Shown here piece by piece: positions 9,155 to 19,685 of a stretch of 64,000 nt of DNA. Made by a program: the position numbers and the translations under genes. Where the stretch lies: NCBI GenBank assembly GCA_963836185.1, contig CAWIIQ010000001.1, forward strand, positions 672,001 through 736,000. The letters are read 5' to 3'. The notes under the pieces are model-generated. The model made no database searches and was not told the DNA's origin. It was given only the letters and a program-made list of their open reading frames with translations. This stretch comes from Candidatus Krumholzibacteriia bacterium. GTDB lineage: Bacteria > Krumholzibacteriota > Krumholzibacteriia > Krumholzibacteriales > Krumholzibacteriaceae. How positions within the stretch are numbered: the stretch's first letter is position 1; every line of letters starts with the position of its first letter.

Positions 9155-9991
9155 ATGGCCCACCAGACGGATGTGCTCGATCTGAGCGAACTCGCCTGGC
9201 TCGTCAAGAGCAGGTGCGGGGTCGATCTTTCACGTTACAGGGCGACGACCCTGAACAGAAGGGTTCTGCACAGGATGGCGATGACGGGGTGCGGGGATAT
9301 CGAAGAGTATCTAGGCCGCCTGACAGCCGATCACGACGAGATGGAAAAGCTGATGGATATCGTCACGATACATGTGACCGAATTCTTCAGGGATCGAGAC
9401 GTCTTCAAGTCGCTGGAGCGAGGATATGTTCCTGCGCTTGTCAACGAGAAGACAGGCGCCGGGCACGGAGTCTTCCGGGCCTGGAGCGCGGGATGCTCCA
9501 CCGGGGAGGAAGCGTACAGCATGGCCGTGATAATCGATCGTGCCGTAAGAAATGTCTCGCCAAACACTCATATAGAGGTGTTCGGAACAGATGTTTCGGA
9601 GGATTCATGCAGGACGGCCAGGAAGGGCGTCTACTGCGGTGAGAAACTCGAGTCGATCCCGGCCGATATCAAGGATGTCTATTTCGAGAACGAAGGTCGG
9701 TGCCGGAAGGTCACTTCGAGACTGAGATCGCTTGTTAAATTCTCGTCTCACGACCTCTTTACGGATTCGCCGTATTCACATCTCGATCTGATCATGTGCA
9801 GGAACGTGATGATCCACTTCGAGCATGAAGTGAGGGATGAAGTAATCGGAAATTTTCATAAGTCGCTCCAGGACCGCGGCCTGCTTGTCCTGGGCAAGAG
9901 CGAGGCGCTGGCCGGCCCGCTCGAGGACCTCTTCGAGCTGGTGGAGCCGAGATGCAAGATATACAGGAAAATAGTACAGCAAGACCATTAG
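9155..9991 (+). CDS. cheR: Chemotaxis methyltransferase
   Basis: [39 protein letters not shown]. Confidence 0.95.
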   Translation: MAHQTDVLDLSELAWLVKSRCGVDLSRYRATTLNRRVLHRMAMTGCGDIEEYLGRLTADHDEMEKLMDIVTIHVTEFFRDRDVFKSLERGYVPALVNEKTGAGHGVFRAWSAGCSTGEEAYSMAVIIDRAVRNVSPNTHIEVFGTDVSEDSCRTARKGVYCGEKLESIPADIKDVYFENEGRCRKVTSRLRSLVKFSSHDLFTDSPYSHLDLIMCRNVMIHFEHEVRDEVIGNFHKSLQDRGLLVLGKSEALAGPLEDLFELVEPRCKIYRKIVQQDH

Positions 9992-10004
9992 AGGGAGGAT
10001 TGAG

Positions 10005-11639
10005 ATGAAGGACATCGGATTCGGGAAGACCCTTTCCGGCAGGGTGTTTTTATCGATGGCGCTTATCGCGTTCTGCATGTGCGCTTTCTCGACATTCATG
10101 CTGGCGAAGCTCTCAAGCAGCGCCGTTGACGACGCAGTCAGGCAGAGAGACAACGACTGGGCTGCGTTTATGCCCGCCGCAATCGGTTCCGTGACAGGCG
10201 AGGAAAGCCAGCAGGATCTTGCCGCGCTCCTTAACGAGCTGCAGCAGGACTATTCCTTCGTAAAGAAGATCGAGATAATAAATGGCGATGGAACTGTCGC
10301 GATGTCTTCTTCCGAGATAGTCGAGGGTGAGGCCGCTGAAGATCAGGAAGCAGCCGGAAGCTTCAGCGCTCCCGTAGAAAACGGTTCGGGCCGCTCGATC
10401 AGGGTCACTGTCGCCCCCGTGGAAAAGTATGTTGCCAGCGGACTTCGCTGGAAGATCTTCGGCGTCATAGCCGGCACCCTTCTCGGTATATTCGGGATCT
10501 TCTATTACCTCGTACACATGGTCGTGAAGAAGCCGGTCCGCCAGCTTCTCTCGGCGAGCAGGATCCTGGCGAGCAACGCCGGGGACCTGACCACGAAGAT
10601 AGACATAGGGTCGAACGACGAGCTGGGAAGACTCGGCACGACACTCAACGATATGTTCACCAATATCGCGGGGATCATAAATGTCATCAGGTCCACAGCA
10701 GACAAGGTCAACTTCTCGGCGCAGAGCCTTTCGGCCTCGACCGAGGAGATGAACTCGATCACCGAAGAGACATCCCTGACTGTCCAGAACATCGCCAAGT
10801 CTACCGATCTGCAGGCACACAAGGTAGACGAGATGATCAAGGAGATCAGGAACATGGAGCGGTCGGTCAAGCAGGTCGCCAACAGCGCCGAACTTGCCGC
10901 GTCCGCCGCCACAAACGCTTCCGAGACAGCCACCAGGGGCGGAGACGCCGCCAAGGAAGCTGTCGAGAAGATCAATACGATCTATGCCGTCACCAACGAG
11001 TCGGCGGGTATCATAAAGCATCTCGGCGAGAGGTCGAACCAGATCGGCGAGATCGTCGATGTCATCACGGACATTGCCGACCAGACCAACATGCTTGCTC
11101 TCAACGCGGCGATCGAGGCCGCCAGGGCCGGCGAGGCGGGCCGCGGGTTCGCCGTCGTAGCTGACGAGGTCAAGAAGCTCGCCGAAGGCAGCGCAAAGGC
11201 AGCCGAGGAGATCGCCACTCTTATCCAGAAGACCCAGGAAGACACGCAGACCGCGGTATCCAGCATCGAGCTCGGCTCGAAGGAGGTCACCGAGGGGCGC
11301 GAGGTCATCACTAGAACGGGTGAGTCTCTCGACGAGATCGTCGAGGTGTTGAAGAGCTCGAGTGATATGGCGAGGCGCATCTCGGCAGCGACCAAGGAAC
11401 TGAGCCGGGGGATGCATAACGTGATCGATTCGATCGATGAGATCTCATCTAGCGCGGAGAAGAATGCGTCCTCGACGCAGGAGACAGCCGCGTCGATGGA
11501 GCAGATGACATCGAGCATGGAAGATGTGGCCTCTTCCGCGCAGAAGTTAAGTGACATGGCCATCCAGCTTCGCGAGCACGTCGGGCGCTTCAAGATCAGC
11601 GTTATCGACCAGGTCGACGAAGTGGTGAACGCGAACTGA
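10005..11639 (+). CDS. Methyl-accepting chemotaxis protein (2 TM, HAMP, MA)
   Basis: Two TM helices, [44 protein letters not shown]. Confidence 0.96.
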   Translation: MKDIGFGKTLSGRVFLSMALIAFCMCAFSTFMLAKLSSSAVDDAVRQRDNDWAAFMPAAIGSVTGEESQQDLAALLNELQQDYSFVKKIEIINGDGTVAMSSSEIVEGEAAEDQEAAGSFSAPVENGSGRSIRVTVAPVEKYVASGLRWKIFGVIAGTLLGIFGIFYYLVHMVVKKPVRQLLSASRILASNAGDLTTKIDIGSNDELGRLGTTLNDMFTNIAGIINVIRSTADKVNFSAQSLSASTEEMNSITEETSLTVQNIAKSTDLQAHKVDEMIKEIRNMERSVKQVANSAELAASAATNASETATRGGDAAKEAVEKINTIYAVTNESAGIIKHLGERSNQIGEIVDVITDIADQTNMLALNAAIEAARAGEAGRGFAVVADEVKKLAEGSAKAAEEIATLIQKTQEDTQTAVSSIELGSKEVTEGREVITRTGESLDEIVEVLKSSSDMARRISAATKELSRGMHNVIDSIDEISSSAEKNASSTQETAASMEQMTSSMEDVASSAQKLSDMAIQLREHVGRFKISVIDQVDEVVNAN

Positions 11640-11671
11640 CCGTTCGGTCACCACGGAAGGAGCGCAGATAG

Positions 11672-12163
11672 ATGAGCAACGATAGATATGACCAGAACAA
11701 CACGACACTGACGCAGCTCGTCACGTTCCGTCTCGGCCGTGAGCACTACGGGATCCCCGTAGGCAAGGTCAAGGAGATCATCAGGCCGATGGAGGCCTGT
11801 CCTATCCCGGGGATGGCAGGGCCCGTCGAGGGAGTCATCAATCTCAGGGGCGAAATCATCCCCGTATTGAGGATACATATCGTCCTGGGATCGAGGGAGA
11901 CGGAAGATAACAGCGGCCGGAAGCAGCGTGTGATCATTCTCGAATCAGGCGAGGGCCGGTTCGGGATAGTCGTAGACGAGGTCCGTGACGTCGTAAAGAT
12001 CGAGGATGAGAATATAAAGTCCTCGCCGGGCGTCAGTTCGGATCACAAGTGCGAGGAAGCGATACTGGGTATAGCACAGGTCGGCGACAGGATGATCATC
12101 TGTCTCGATCCCGGAAAGCTCGTCTCGGAATCGCTCGATATAGAGAATCTGGCCACGGTATAG
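11672..12163 (+). CDS. cheW: Chemotaxis coupling protein
   Basis: LVTFRLGREHYGI, VEGVINLRGEIIPV, GIVVDEV. Confidence 0.94.
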   Translation: MSNDRYDQNNTTLTQLVTFRLGREHYGIPVGKVKEIIRPMEACPIPGMAGPVEGVINLRGEIIPVLRIHIVLGSRETEDNSGRKQRVIILESGEGRFGIVVDEVRDVVKIEDENIKSSPGVSSDHKCEEAILGIAQVGDRMIICLDPGKLVSESLDIENLATV

Positions 12164-12197
12164 AGGAGGACTGATCCGGTTTCCGGATTTACTTCAT

Positions 12198-12704
12198 ATG
12201 ATCGGCAGCAGAGGAACAGGAACACTTATAAAGGTCGGGATGGCGCAGTTCAAAGTGGCGACGGCACCGGCCAGGATGATGACTTTCGCCCTGGGATCGT
12301 GCGTAGGCATAGTGCTCTACGACCCGGTCTCGAAGATAGGAGGGCTCGCTCACGTTATGCATCCGAGCAGCGAGAGGGTCCAGAACAATGTCAACAGGGC
12401 AAAGTTTGTTGATACCGCGGTCGAGCTGATGCTCTCGAGGATGGCGAAGAAGGGCGCCAATCGGAGCAGGATCGAGGCGAAGATATTCGGAGGCGCGAAG
12501 ATGTTCCAGTCGATTAGTGCCAGCCCCGGAGTGATGCAGATCGGTGAGGAGAATGTGAAGGCGACAAAGGCGGAGCTGGCAGGCAGGAACATTCCGGTCG
12601 TTGCGGAATCGACCGGAGGAGAAAAGGGAAGATCAGTGTTCTTTGATGTCGCGAGTGGAAGGGTGACAGTCAAGGACGCGCAGGGGAAACAGGAGAAATT
12701 CTGA
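12198..12704 (+). CDS. cheD: Chemoreceptor glutamine deamidase
   Basis: LGSCVGIVLYD, GGLAHVM, AKIFGGAKMF, IGEENV. Confidence 0.93.
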   Translation: MIGSRGTGTLIKVGMAQFKVATAPARMMTFALGSCVGIVLYDPVSKIGGLAHVMHPSSERVQNNVNRAKFVDTAVELMLSRMAKKGANRSRIEAKIFGGAKMFQSISASPGVMQIGEENVKATKAELAGRNIPVVAESTGGEKGRSVFFDVASGRVTVKDAQGKQEKF

Positions 12705-13801
12705 TGGCAGTTGAAGAGAAAGACGCGGCGAAGGGGAACATCAAGGTGCTGGTAGGCGAGGATTCCGCCTTCATGCGCCGGGTGATCGCCGACTCTCTCG
12801 ATGCGGAACCCGGGATAGAAGTGATAGGGACGGCGGCCAATGGTCGTGAGGTTCTCAGGAAACTCGTCGATCTGAGGCCGGATGTCATAACTCTCGACCT
12901 GGAGATGCCGAGAATGGATGGTCTGGAGACGCTGAGATTCATCATGAGCGAGTGGCCGACACCCGTAGTGATACTCAGCGGACACACGGCGGAAGGCGCG
13001 AGGATGGCTCTTACGTGTCTCGAGTACGGCGCGGTAGATTTCGTGTCGAAGACCTTCAAGGGGATGCGGTTCCCGGTCAGGGAACTCGTTTCGAAGGTCA
13101 AGCTCGCCGCGACCGTCGACGCTGAAAAGGTACGTTTCGCACCGGTGGAATTCGATCTCAAGGCAAAGATCAGGCCGTCGCGCAAGTCCAGGACCGAATG
13201 CGTGGTCTGCATCGGAGCGAGCACGGGAGGGCCGCAGGCGTTGGGAGAGATCATTCCCAGGCTGCCGGCAGACCTGCCGGCATCGGTCATGGTCGTCCAG
13301 CATATGCCCTCGAACTTTACCTCCTACCTTGCCGAGAGGCTCGATGCCAGGTCGGCGATGTACGTGATGGAGGCCGAGGAAGGAGAACCGGTCAGGCCGG
13401 GAAGTATCCTGGTGGCACCGGGCGGCAGGCATCTTCTCATGGACGAGAAGGGCGGTCAGCCCGTGACGATGCTTCTGCCCAGGAACGAGAAACAGAGGAC
13501 GGCATGTCCCTCAATAGATTTCGCGCTGACTTCGATAGCGCCGATTTTCAAGAAGAGGCTTATATCGGTCATCCTGACCGGTATGGGCAGGGACGGGGAG
13601 GCAGGTTGTGACGCCGTAAGAAAGTACGGCGGCAGGGTTATCTGCCAGGACCGGGCCACGAGCATGATATTCGGCATGCCCGGCGCGGTCGTATCGGCGG
13701 GGCTTGCCCATGAGGTCCTTCCGGTCCAGGATATCGCGGACCGCATAGTCCGTGAGGTGGAAGAAGCAATAGCGGGAGTAGTGGCAAGTGAAAGTCAGTG
13801 A
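12704..13801 (+). CDS. cheB: Chemotaxis methylesterase (REC + CheB)
   Basis: DLEMPRMDG receiver; GASTGGP, QHMP, LTGMGRDG triad motifs. Confidence 0.95.
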   Translation: MAVEEKDAAKGNIKVLVGEDSAFMRRVIADSLDAEPGIEVIGTAANGREVLRKLVDLRPDVITLDLEMPRMDGLETLRFIMSEWPTPVVILSGHTAEGARMALTCLEYGAVDFVSKTFKGMRFPVRELVSKVKLAATVDAEKVRFAPVEFDLKAKIRPSRKSRTECVVCIGASTGGPQALGEIIPRLPADLPASVMVVQHMPSNFTSYLAERLDARSAMYVMEAEEGEPVRPGSILVAPGGRHLLMDEKGGQPVTMLLPRNEKQRTACPSIDFALTSIAPIFKKRLISVILTGMGRDGEAGCDAVRKYGGRVICQDRATSMIFGMPGAVVSAGLAHEVLPVQDIADRIVREVEEAIAGVVASESQ

Positions 13802-15539
13802 TTACAAGGCGCTCTATATCAGTGAGGCCGGCGAGATCCTGCAGTCGCTCGAGTCGGGTGTGATGGCCCTCGAGAACGGCGGGGACAGCGTGGCCAATGT
13901 TGAGGAGCTCTTTCGTAACGCGCACAACCTCAAGGGTATGTCCGGCGCGATGGGATACGATCACGTCGTAGAGGCCAGCCATGCCATGGAGAATGTGCTC
14001 GATCGCTGCCGCAAGGGCGAGATGACAGTCCGCCAGGCAGAGGCGGACCTGATGCTCAGGGCCGTCGACATGCTCCGGGAGCTTGTCAGGCTCGCGGTAG
14101 ACGAGGACGAAGTCGATGACACGGATCTGCTTGCCGATTTCTTCGTGCTGCTCTCACCGATGACGACGAGGGTGCTGAATGATAAGCCTGCGGCGGAACA
14201 TCCGCCTGTACCGGAGATCGAAGAGGAAGATATCGAAGACGAGGAAATGACAGAACAGACCGAAGATACAGATATCGATGATCCGGGTGCGCGGGAGGCG
14301 GATTCCGGGATGGCCGCGGAGGAAAAAGCCGTCGATCCGGCGGAGCCTTCTTCGAAGGGCGGGTTCGGAGAGAGGGTGACCTCTACGAGGGTCGATCTCG
14401 AGCGTCTCGATGCACTGATGGATCTCGTCGGCGAGCTGATAATCAGCAGGATCAAGCTGGCGAGCATCGCGGGCAAGATCGGGTCGAAATCACTCGACGA
14501 GGAGCTTTCCTCATCAGGAAGGCTGATCTCTGAGATCCAGAAGGAAGTGATGGAAGCGAGGCTGATCCCGGTAGGCCAGGTCTTCCAGCGATTCAAGAGG
14601 CTCGTGAGAGATTCATCTCTTGCTCTCGAGAAGGGCGCCAGGCTCGATATCGTCGGTGCCGACATAGGTCTCGACAGGACAGTGCTCGAAGCGATGGTCG
14701 ATCCGCTCGTTCATCTTCTCCGGAACGCTGTCGATCACGGGATCGAGTCCCCGGAAGAGAGGATCAGGCTGGGCAAGCCGGAGACCGCCAGGATCGTGCT
14801 CAGCGCCAAGAGAGACAGGAATTTCGTCATCCTGCAGGTCACCGATGACGGCAGGGGAATAGATCTCGAAAAAGTACAGGAAAAGAGACAGATAGAGACA
14901 GATGTTGCTGAAGTAATGGATATAAGTGACGACGAGCTCTGCAAGGTGCTTTCCACACCGGGTTTTTCGACTCGTGAGGAAGTAAGTACCTACTCTGGCA
15001 GGGGAGTCGGCATGAACGTTGCGAAGAAAGCGGTTGACGCGCTCGGAGGATCGATGAAGCTCCACAGCGAACCGGGAATAGGAACGACCGTTTCGCTGCA
15101 GCTTCCGATCAATCTTTCGATAATCAAGGCGCTTCTCTTCGAGGTCGGGGGGGACGTACACGCTCTTCCGGCGGAATATGTATGCGAGACATCGCGCGTC
15201 GAGCGAGATTCATTCAGGACCGTTATGGGACAAGAGGTTATTCAGTACGCCGATGAGGTCGTGCCGATCGTCAAGCCGGACGATCTGTTCGGGATCGAGA
15301 CCTCCGACAGCGGCGCACGATACATAAAGCTGGTTCTCGTCGATACCGGAAACGGAAAGGTCGGTTTGATCACAAGAAGGATACTCGGTCAGCAGGACAT
15401 CGTGATCAAGGGACTGCCTTCGCTGATCCGCGGAGTAAGCGGGATCACTGGAGCGACGATTCTCGGCAGTGGAAGAATAGCATTTATATGGGACCCACGT
15501 TCTCTATTCAAAGGAAGGTGTCTTGATGAGCCCCATTAA
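13788..15539 (+). CDS. cheA: Chemotaxis histidine kinase
   Basis: LFRNAHNLKGMS (HPt), acidic linker, HLLRNAVDHGIE, DDGRG, SGRGVGM, C-terminal CheW domain. Confidence 0.95.
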   Translation: MKVSDYKALYISEAGEILQSLESGVMALENGGDSVANVEELFRNAHNLKGMSGAMGYDHVVEASHAMENVLDRCRKGEMTVRQAEADLMLRAVDMLRELVRLAVDEDEVDDTDLLADFFVLLSPMTTRVLNDKPAAEHPPVPEIEEEDIEDEEMTEQTEDTDIDDPGAREADSGMAAEEKAVDPAEPSSKGGFGERVTSTRVDLERLDALMDLVGELIISRIKLASIAGKIGSKSLDEELSSSGRLISEIQKEVMEARLIPVGQVFQRFKRLVRDSSLALEKGARLDIVGADIGLDRTVLEAMVDPLVHLLRNAVDHGIESPEERIRLGKPETARIVLSAKRDRNFVILQVTDDGRGIDLEKVQEKRQIETDVAEVMDISDDELCKVLSTPGFSTREEVSTYSGRGVGMNVAKKAVDALGGSMKLHSEPGIGTTVSLQLPINLSIIKALLFEVGGDVHALPAEYVCETSRVERDSFRTVMGQEVIQYADEVVPIVKPDDLFGIETSDSGARYIKLVLVDTGNGKVGLITRRILGQQDIVIKGLPSLIRGVSGITGATILGSGRIAFIWDPRSLFKGRCLDEPH

Positions 15540-16143
15540 GAGGCCGTCGTATCTGAGGATCGACGCATTGAAGGAGCTCGGGAACATCGGCTCGGCGCAT
15601 GCCATTACAGGCCTGGCGGAGCTGTTGAGGAAGAGGATCGATGTCTCGATCACGAATGTAGACATCATACCGCTCCAGATCATCTATACGCTGTTTAACG
15701 GGCCGGAATCGATGATCTCGGTCGTTTACCTTGAGGGCTACAGCGAGAATTTCCGGGGCATGATGTTTCTGTTGTTCCCGCATCCCGAGGCGGAAAAGAT
15801 GGTAGAGATGGCAACGGGCGAGCAGGTCGAGGGGCCGAATATTACCGATGAGTACGCTCTCTCCACTCTCAAGGAGATCGGTAATATCATGTGCGGCTGT
15901 TACCTGAACATCTTCTCTTCATTTATCGGAAAGAAGATTATGCATTCCGTCCCCCAGGTCTCGTACGACATGCTCGGCGCAGTGATGGATTCGATCCTCG
16001 TCGACCTGAGCCTGGATTCGGATTACGCGATAGTTCTTGAGACGGCGTTTACCCTGACGCAGAACGAATGTAAAGGATTCTTGTTCTTTATACCAACATC
16101 GGACTCGATCGACACGATCTTTGATGCGATCAACGTCGAATAG
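15526..16143 (+). CDS. cheC: CheY-P phosphatase CheC
   Basis: Two E-x-x-N motifs: DALKELGNIG and STLKEIGNIM. Confidence 0.9.
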   Translation: MSPIKRPSYLRIDALKELGNIGSAHAITGLAELLRKRIDVSITNVDIIPLQIIYTLFNGPESMISVVYLEGYSENFRGMMFLLFPHPEAEKMVEMATGEQVEGPNITDEYALSTLKEIGNIMCGCYLNIFSSFIGKKIMHSVPQVSYDMLGAVMDSILVDLSLDSDYAIVLETAFTLTQNECKGFLFFIPTSDSIDTIFDAINVE

Positions 16144-16161
16144 ATACGAAAGGAGACAACA

Positions 16162-16539
16162 GTGAAAGCCAGAGTACTGGTAGTAGATGATGCGATCTTC
16201 ATGAGGAAGATGATTTCTGACATTCTCGAGGGGAACGGCATGGAGGTAGTCGGCGAGGCCGACACTGGAGCTCTAGCGGTTGAGAAGTACAAGGAGCTCA
16301 AGCCCGATCTCGTGACGATGGACATCATCATGCCCGAGATGAACGGGATCGACGCGGTGCGCCAGATCATGTCGAACGACTCGCAGGCGAGGATCGTCAT
16401 GTGCAGTGCGCTCGGCCAGCAGGCTCTCGTCCAGGACGCTTTGACGGCCGGGGCGAAAGATTTTCTGATCAAGCCTTTCAATCCTTCTAGAGTGATCGAG
16501 GTGATATCCAAGATTCTCATCCAGGTTCAGAGTGTCTGA
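16162..16539 (+). CDS. cheY: Single-domain response regulator
   Basis: VVDDAIFMR, MDIIMPEMNG, CSALGQ, KPF. Confidence 0.92.
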   Translation: MKARVLVVDDAIFMRKMISDILEGNGMEVVGEADTGALAVEKYKELKPDLVTMDIIMPEMNGIDAVRQIMSNDSQARIVMCSALGQQALVQDALTAGAKDFLIKPFNPSRVIEVISKILIQVQSV

Positions 16540-16561
16540 GGGAGGATCGAAAGGACCTGAT

Positions 16562-18448
16562 ATGCCCGAAGCTAAAAAACAAGAAAGGGACGTTCTTCTG
16601 GGTTTTGCCGAAAGGGTCGATCGTAATGACCCCGGCGCCTTGAACAACCTCGGTGTGCTCTACTACCGCAAGGGTGTGTATGACGAGGCTATAAAACAGT
16701 TCAAGGAAGCGCTGAAGATCGATCCGAGATTCGAGCTGGCCAGGGAAAACCTCCTCTATCTCTTCTCGGAGACGAAGATGGAGGATCCTGACGTAAGCCG
16801 GTGGAAGAAGGAGGTCGAAGAGGACCCCGCCAACGTGGAGGCCCTTCTGAGGCTCGGCGTGAGCTATCAGAACATGGGCTGGCTCGACCAGGCTGCCGAG
16901 ACGCTGGGCCAGGTCGTCGAGAAGAATCCCGACCATTACATGGCGAGGATCCATTTCGGGTCTGTGTTAAAGGCGCAGGGGCTCTACCAGCAGGCGCTCG
17001 AGCACTTCCTCAGCGCAGCGGATAACGTCAGCAAATCGGCCGTATTTCATACTGATCTCGGTGAGATCTACTACAACCTCGGAAGGACCGATGAAGCGAT
17101 AATCGAGCTGAGGACAGCTATCAAGCTCGATGCCGACTACTGGCGCTCGCACTTCCTGCTGTCGTTCGCGTTCGGCGACATAGGCCACTACCAGGAAGCC
17201 CTGGAGGAGAGCCGAGTCGCATCGAAGCTCAATCCGTCGTTTCAGAATACTGAAGCCAACCTGGCGCTTTCTGATGACAGCGCGGAGGGTGTGAGGAATA
17301 CGGGACAGGAGATTCCCAGCCTGGAGAGCACGGCATTCACGCTCGGCACTGCCTACAGGGAACGCGGCTACCTCAAGGAAGCTCTTAAGGAATTCCGCAA
17401 GGCCCTGCAGGACATGCAGGAGAAAGACCGCGTCTATATCGAGATGGGCAAGGTCCACATCGCGGAGAAGGACGGGGTCGAGGCCCTCGCGTTCCTGCTC
17501 AAAGCGCTCGAGGATAATCCCGATAATCCGGAGGCGTACCTGCTGTGCGGGACGATCTACCATGAGGCGGGAGAGTTCAGGAAAGCTGCGATCTGCTACC
17601 TTCAGGCTTTCAGGCTCAATACGGCCAATGCCGATACGATGAATAACCTGGGGACCCTGCTGTATCAGACCGGTCTCGTTGAGGAAGCGGAGAGGATGTT
17701 CAAGAAAGGTCTGAACATCAACCTCTACAACCTCGAACTCAACTACAACTACCTCACTACTATCCTGTTCCGCGAGGAATACCCTATGGCCGAGAACCTG
17801 CTTCAGAGGCTCGAAGCCTTCACGGGAAAGAGCGCGATACTCTATGAAAAGAGAGCTCTGCTTCATTACAAGCTCAACAGGATGACCCTGGCCCTGTTCG
17901 ATATCGAGAGTGCCCTGGCCTGCGACAAGCATCATGCAGACGCTCACTATCTCAAGGGATTGATCTGCCTGAGGGAAGACAATTTCAAGGGAACGATCGA
18001 GAGCATACTCGAGGGGGCTGCGATCTATCCGGAGTACACGGGGATGCATTTCCTGCTCTCTCACGGGGAACAGGTGATGGCTGATTCCGTCCGAGTCGAC
18101 TCGAAGCTCGGAGACGAGCCCGACGACGAGCTCATAGAACTGCTTCAGGCCGGCGTGAATCGAAGGTTCGACAAGATACGTGAGAGCCTCGAATCATTTG
18201 TGGCCGACGGGAAGAAGGACCTGGAGAGGATGAGAAGCAGACCGGCTAAGAAGAAGGCCATTCCCGGGGCAGAGAAACCGGCAGAGGTGGAAGGTAAGGC
18301 CGTGGAGCCGGCTGCCGTCGAAGAAGTTCCTGAAGTTGAAAAGAAGACGGCTGGGTCGAAGAAGTCCGGCGTAAAGAAAATAGAAGAGATGTCCGACGAA
18401 GACGACGAATCCGTTGATCTTCTCGAGGACCTCAAGATCGATCTGTAG
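16562..18448 (+). CDS. Multi-TPR protein with charged C-terminal tail
   Basis: Repeated TPR motifs (ALNNLGVLYY, DLGEIYYNLGR, MNNLGTLLY). Confidence 0.85.
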   Translation: MPEAKKQERDVLLGFAERVDRNDPGALNNLGVLYYRKGVYDEAIKQFKEALKIDPRFELARENLLYLFSETKMEDPDVSRWKKEVEEDPANVEALLRLGVSYQNMGWLDQAAETLGQVVEKNPDHYMARIHFGSVLKAQGLYQQALEHFLSAADNVSKSAVFHTDLGEIYYNLGRTDEAIIELRTAIKLDADYWRSHFLLSFAFGDIGHYQEALEESRVASKLNPSFQNTEANLALSDDSAEGVRNTGQEIPSLESTAFTLGTAYRERGYLKEALKEFRKALQDMQEKDRVYIEMGKVHIAEKDGVEALAFLLKALEDNPDNPEAYLLCGTIYHEAGEFRKAAICYLQAFRLNTANADTMNNLGTLLYQTGLVEEAERMFKKGLNINLYNLELNYNYLTTILFREEYPMAENLLQRLEAFTGKSAILYEKRALLHYKLNRMTLALFDIESALACDKHHADAHYLKGLICLREDNFKGTIESILEGAAIYPEYTGMHFLLSHGEQVMADSVRVDSKLGDEPDDELIELLQAGVNRRFDKIRESLESFVADGKKDLERMRSRPAKKKAIPGAEKPAEVEGKAVEPAAVEEVPEVEKKTAGSKKSGVKKIEEMSDEDDESVDLLEDLKIDL

Positions 18449-18469
18449 AAGCTGAAAGGAAAAGGGACA

Positions 18470-19597
18470 ATGGCGATCCAGTCATCAATCGAAGAACTCG
18501 GGCTGTTTGACCTGTTTCAGGTCCTTCACATGAACGGGAAGACCGGCAGGCTGATCATTTCCGATGTAGACGGCAGCCGCGAGGCCCTTATTCTCTTCGA
18601 TAGCGGCTCGGTATGCATGGCATCGATCCATGACAGGTCGTCCAGATCCATTCTGGATCTCCTTGAGGAATGGGGAGTCGCGGATTCAGGATCGATCATC
18701 GAGATCGAGAAGGCGCTTCCAAGGCACAAGAGCCTCATCGAATGCCTCGAGGCACTTAACATCTCATCGGGGAATAATCTGGAGAACTTTTTCGCTTCCA
18801 GGATGAGGGAATCGGTATACGACATCTTCAAGTGGGAGAAGGGCGACTGCCGCTTTATCGAGGAAGACCTCGACGAGAGGCGGGAGATCATAGTCCATCT
18901 CAACACTGAGAACCTGATCCTCGAGGGCGCGAGGCGGATCGACGAATGGTCCAATATTAAAAACAAGGTGCCGTCGAGACACTCGATCTTCAGCCTCTGT
19001 CATGGTAACGAAGAAGGCCAGGCCCTCAACCTCAAGCCGAGAGAGTGGGAGATCCTGTCCCTGATCGACGGGCACAATTCCGTCAACGAGATCAACGACA
19101 AGGTCGGCGAAGAGCTCTTCACCACGAGCAAGCTTATATACGGACTTGTTGTCATGGGTGTGATCGATCTGGTCACCGATGATATCGACCCCGAGGTCGG
19201 AGCGGGCAACGAGGAACGGATCGAGGAACTGCTGCGCAAGGGCCGTAACTATTACAGCCGCCTCAATCTCGAAAAGGCGGCGGCGGAGTTCGAGAAAGGT
19301 CTGCAGATCGACCAGGACAACTTCGAGGCTCTCCGGATGCTCGGCGAGATCTATTACAAGATGGACCGTCTCAGCGAGGCTCTCGTCTACCTGCGTAAAG
19401 CGAGGGAGATGAGGCCGAATAACCAGAAGACCTTGTTCATAAAGGGATACCTGCACGCGCGCCTGGGCGAGGTCGAGCTGGCTATCGAGGAATGGGAAGA
19501 GCTACGCGAGAAGACCGGAAATCCCAAGATCATCGATCTGGTCAAGCGACGCATCAATGTGGCGAAGGAATGGGAGAAAGTGCTCCAGGAGTACTAG
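18470..19597 (+). CDS. DUF4388 (PatA_N-like) + TPR protein
   Basis: MAIQSSIEELGLFDLFQVLHMNGKTGRL, IFKWEKG, LILEGARRIDEW; C-terminal TPRs. Confidence 0.82.
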   Translation: MAIQSSIEELGLFDLFQVLHMNGKTGRLIISDVDGSREALILFDSGSVCMASIHDRSSRSILDLLEEWGVADSGSIIEIEKALPRHKSLIECLEALNISSGNNLENFFASRMRESVYDIFKWEKGDCRFIEEDLDERREIIVHLNTENLILEGARRIDEWSNIKNKVPSRHSIFSLCHGNEEGQALNLKPREWEILSLIDGHNSVNEINDKVGEELFTTSKLIYGLVVMGVIDLVTDDIDPEVGAGNEERIEELLRKGRNYYSRLNLEKAAAEFEKGLQIDQDNFEALRMLGEIYYKMDRLSEALVYLRKAREMRPNNQKTLFIKGYLHARLGEVELAIEEWEELREKTGNPKIIDLVKRRINVAKEWEKVLQEY

Positions 19598-19685
19598 GCA
19601 ATCCTTTCCCGGTCTCATGATCAATATCCCCGACATCATCAGTACTGGATTTATATTGACTGGCGTGTGAGCTGTCTGGGGCAGT

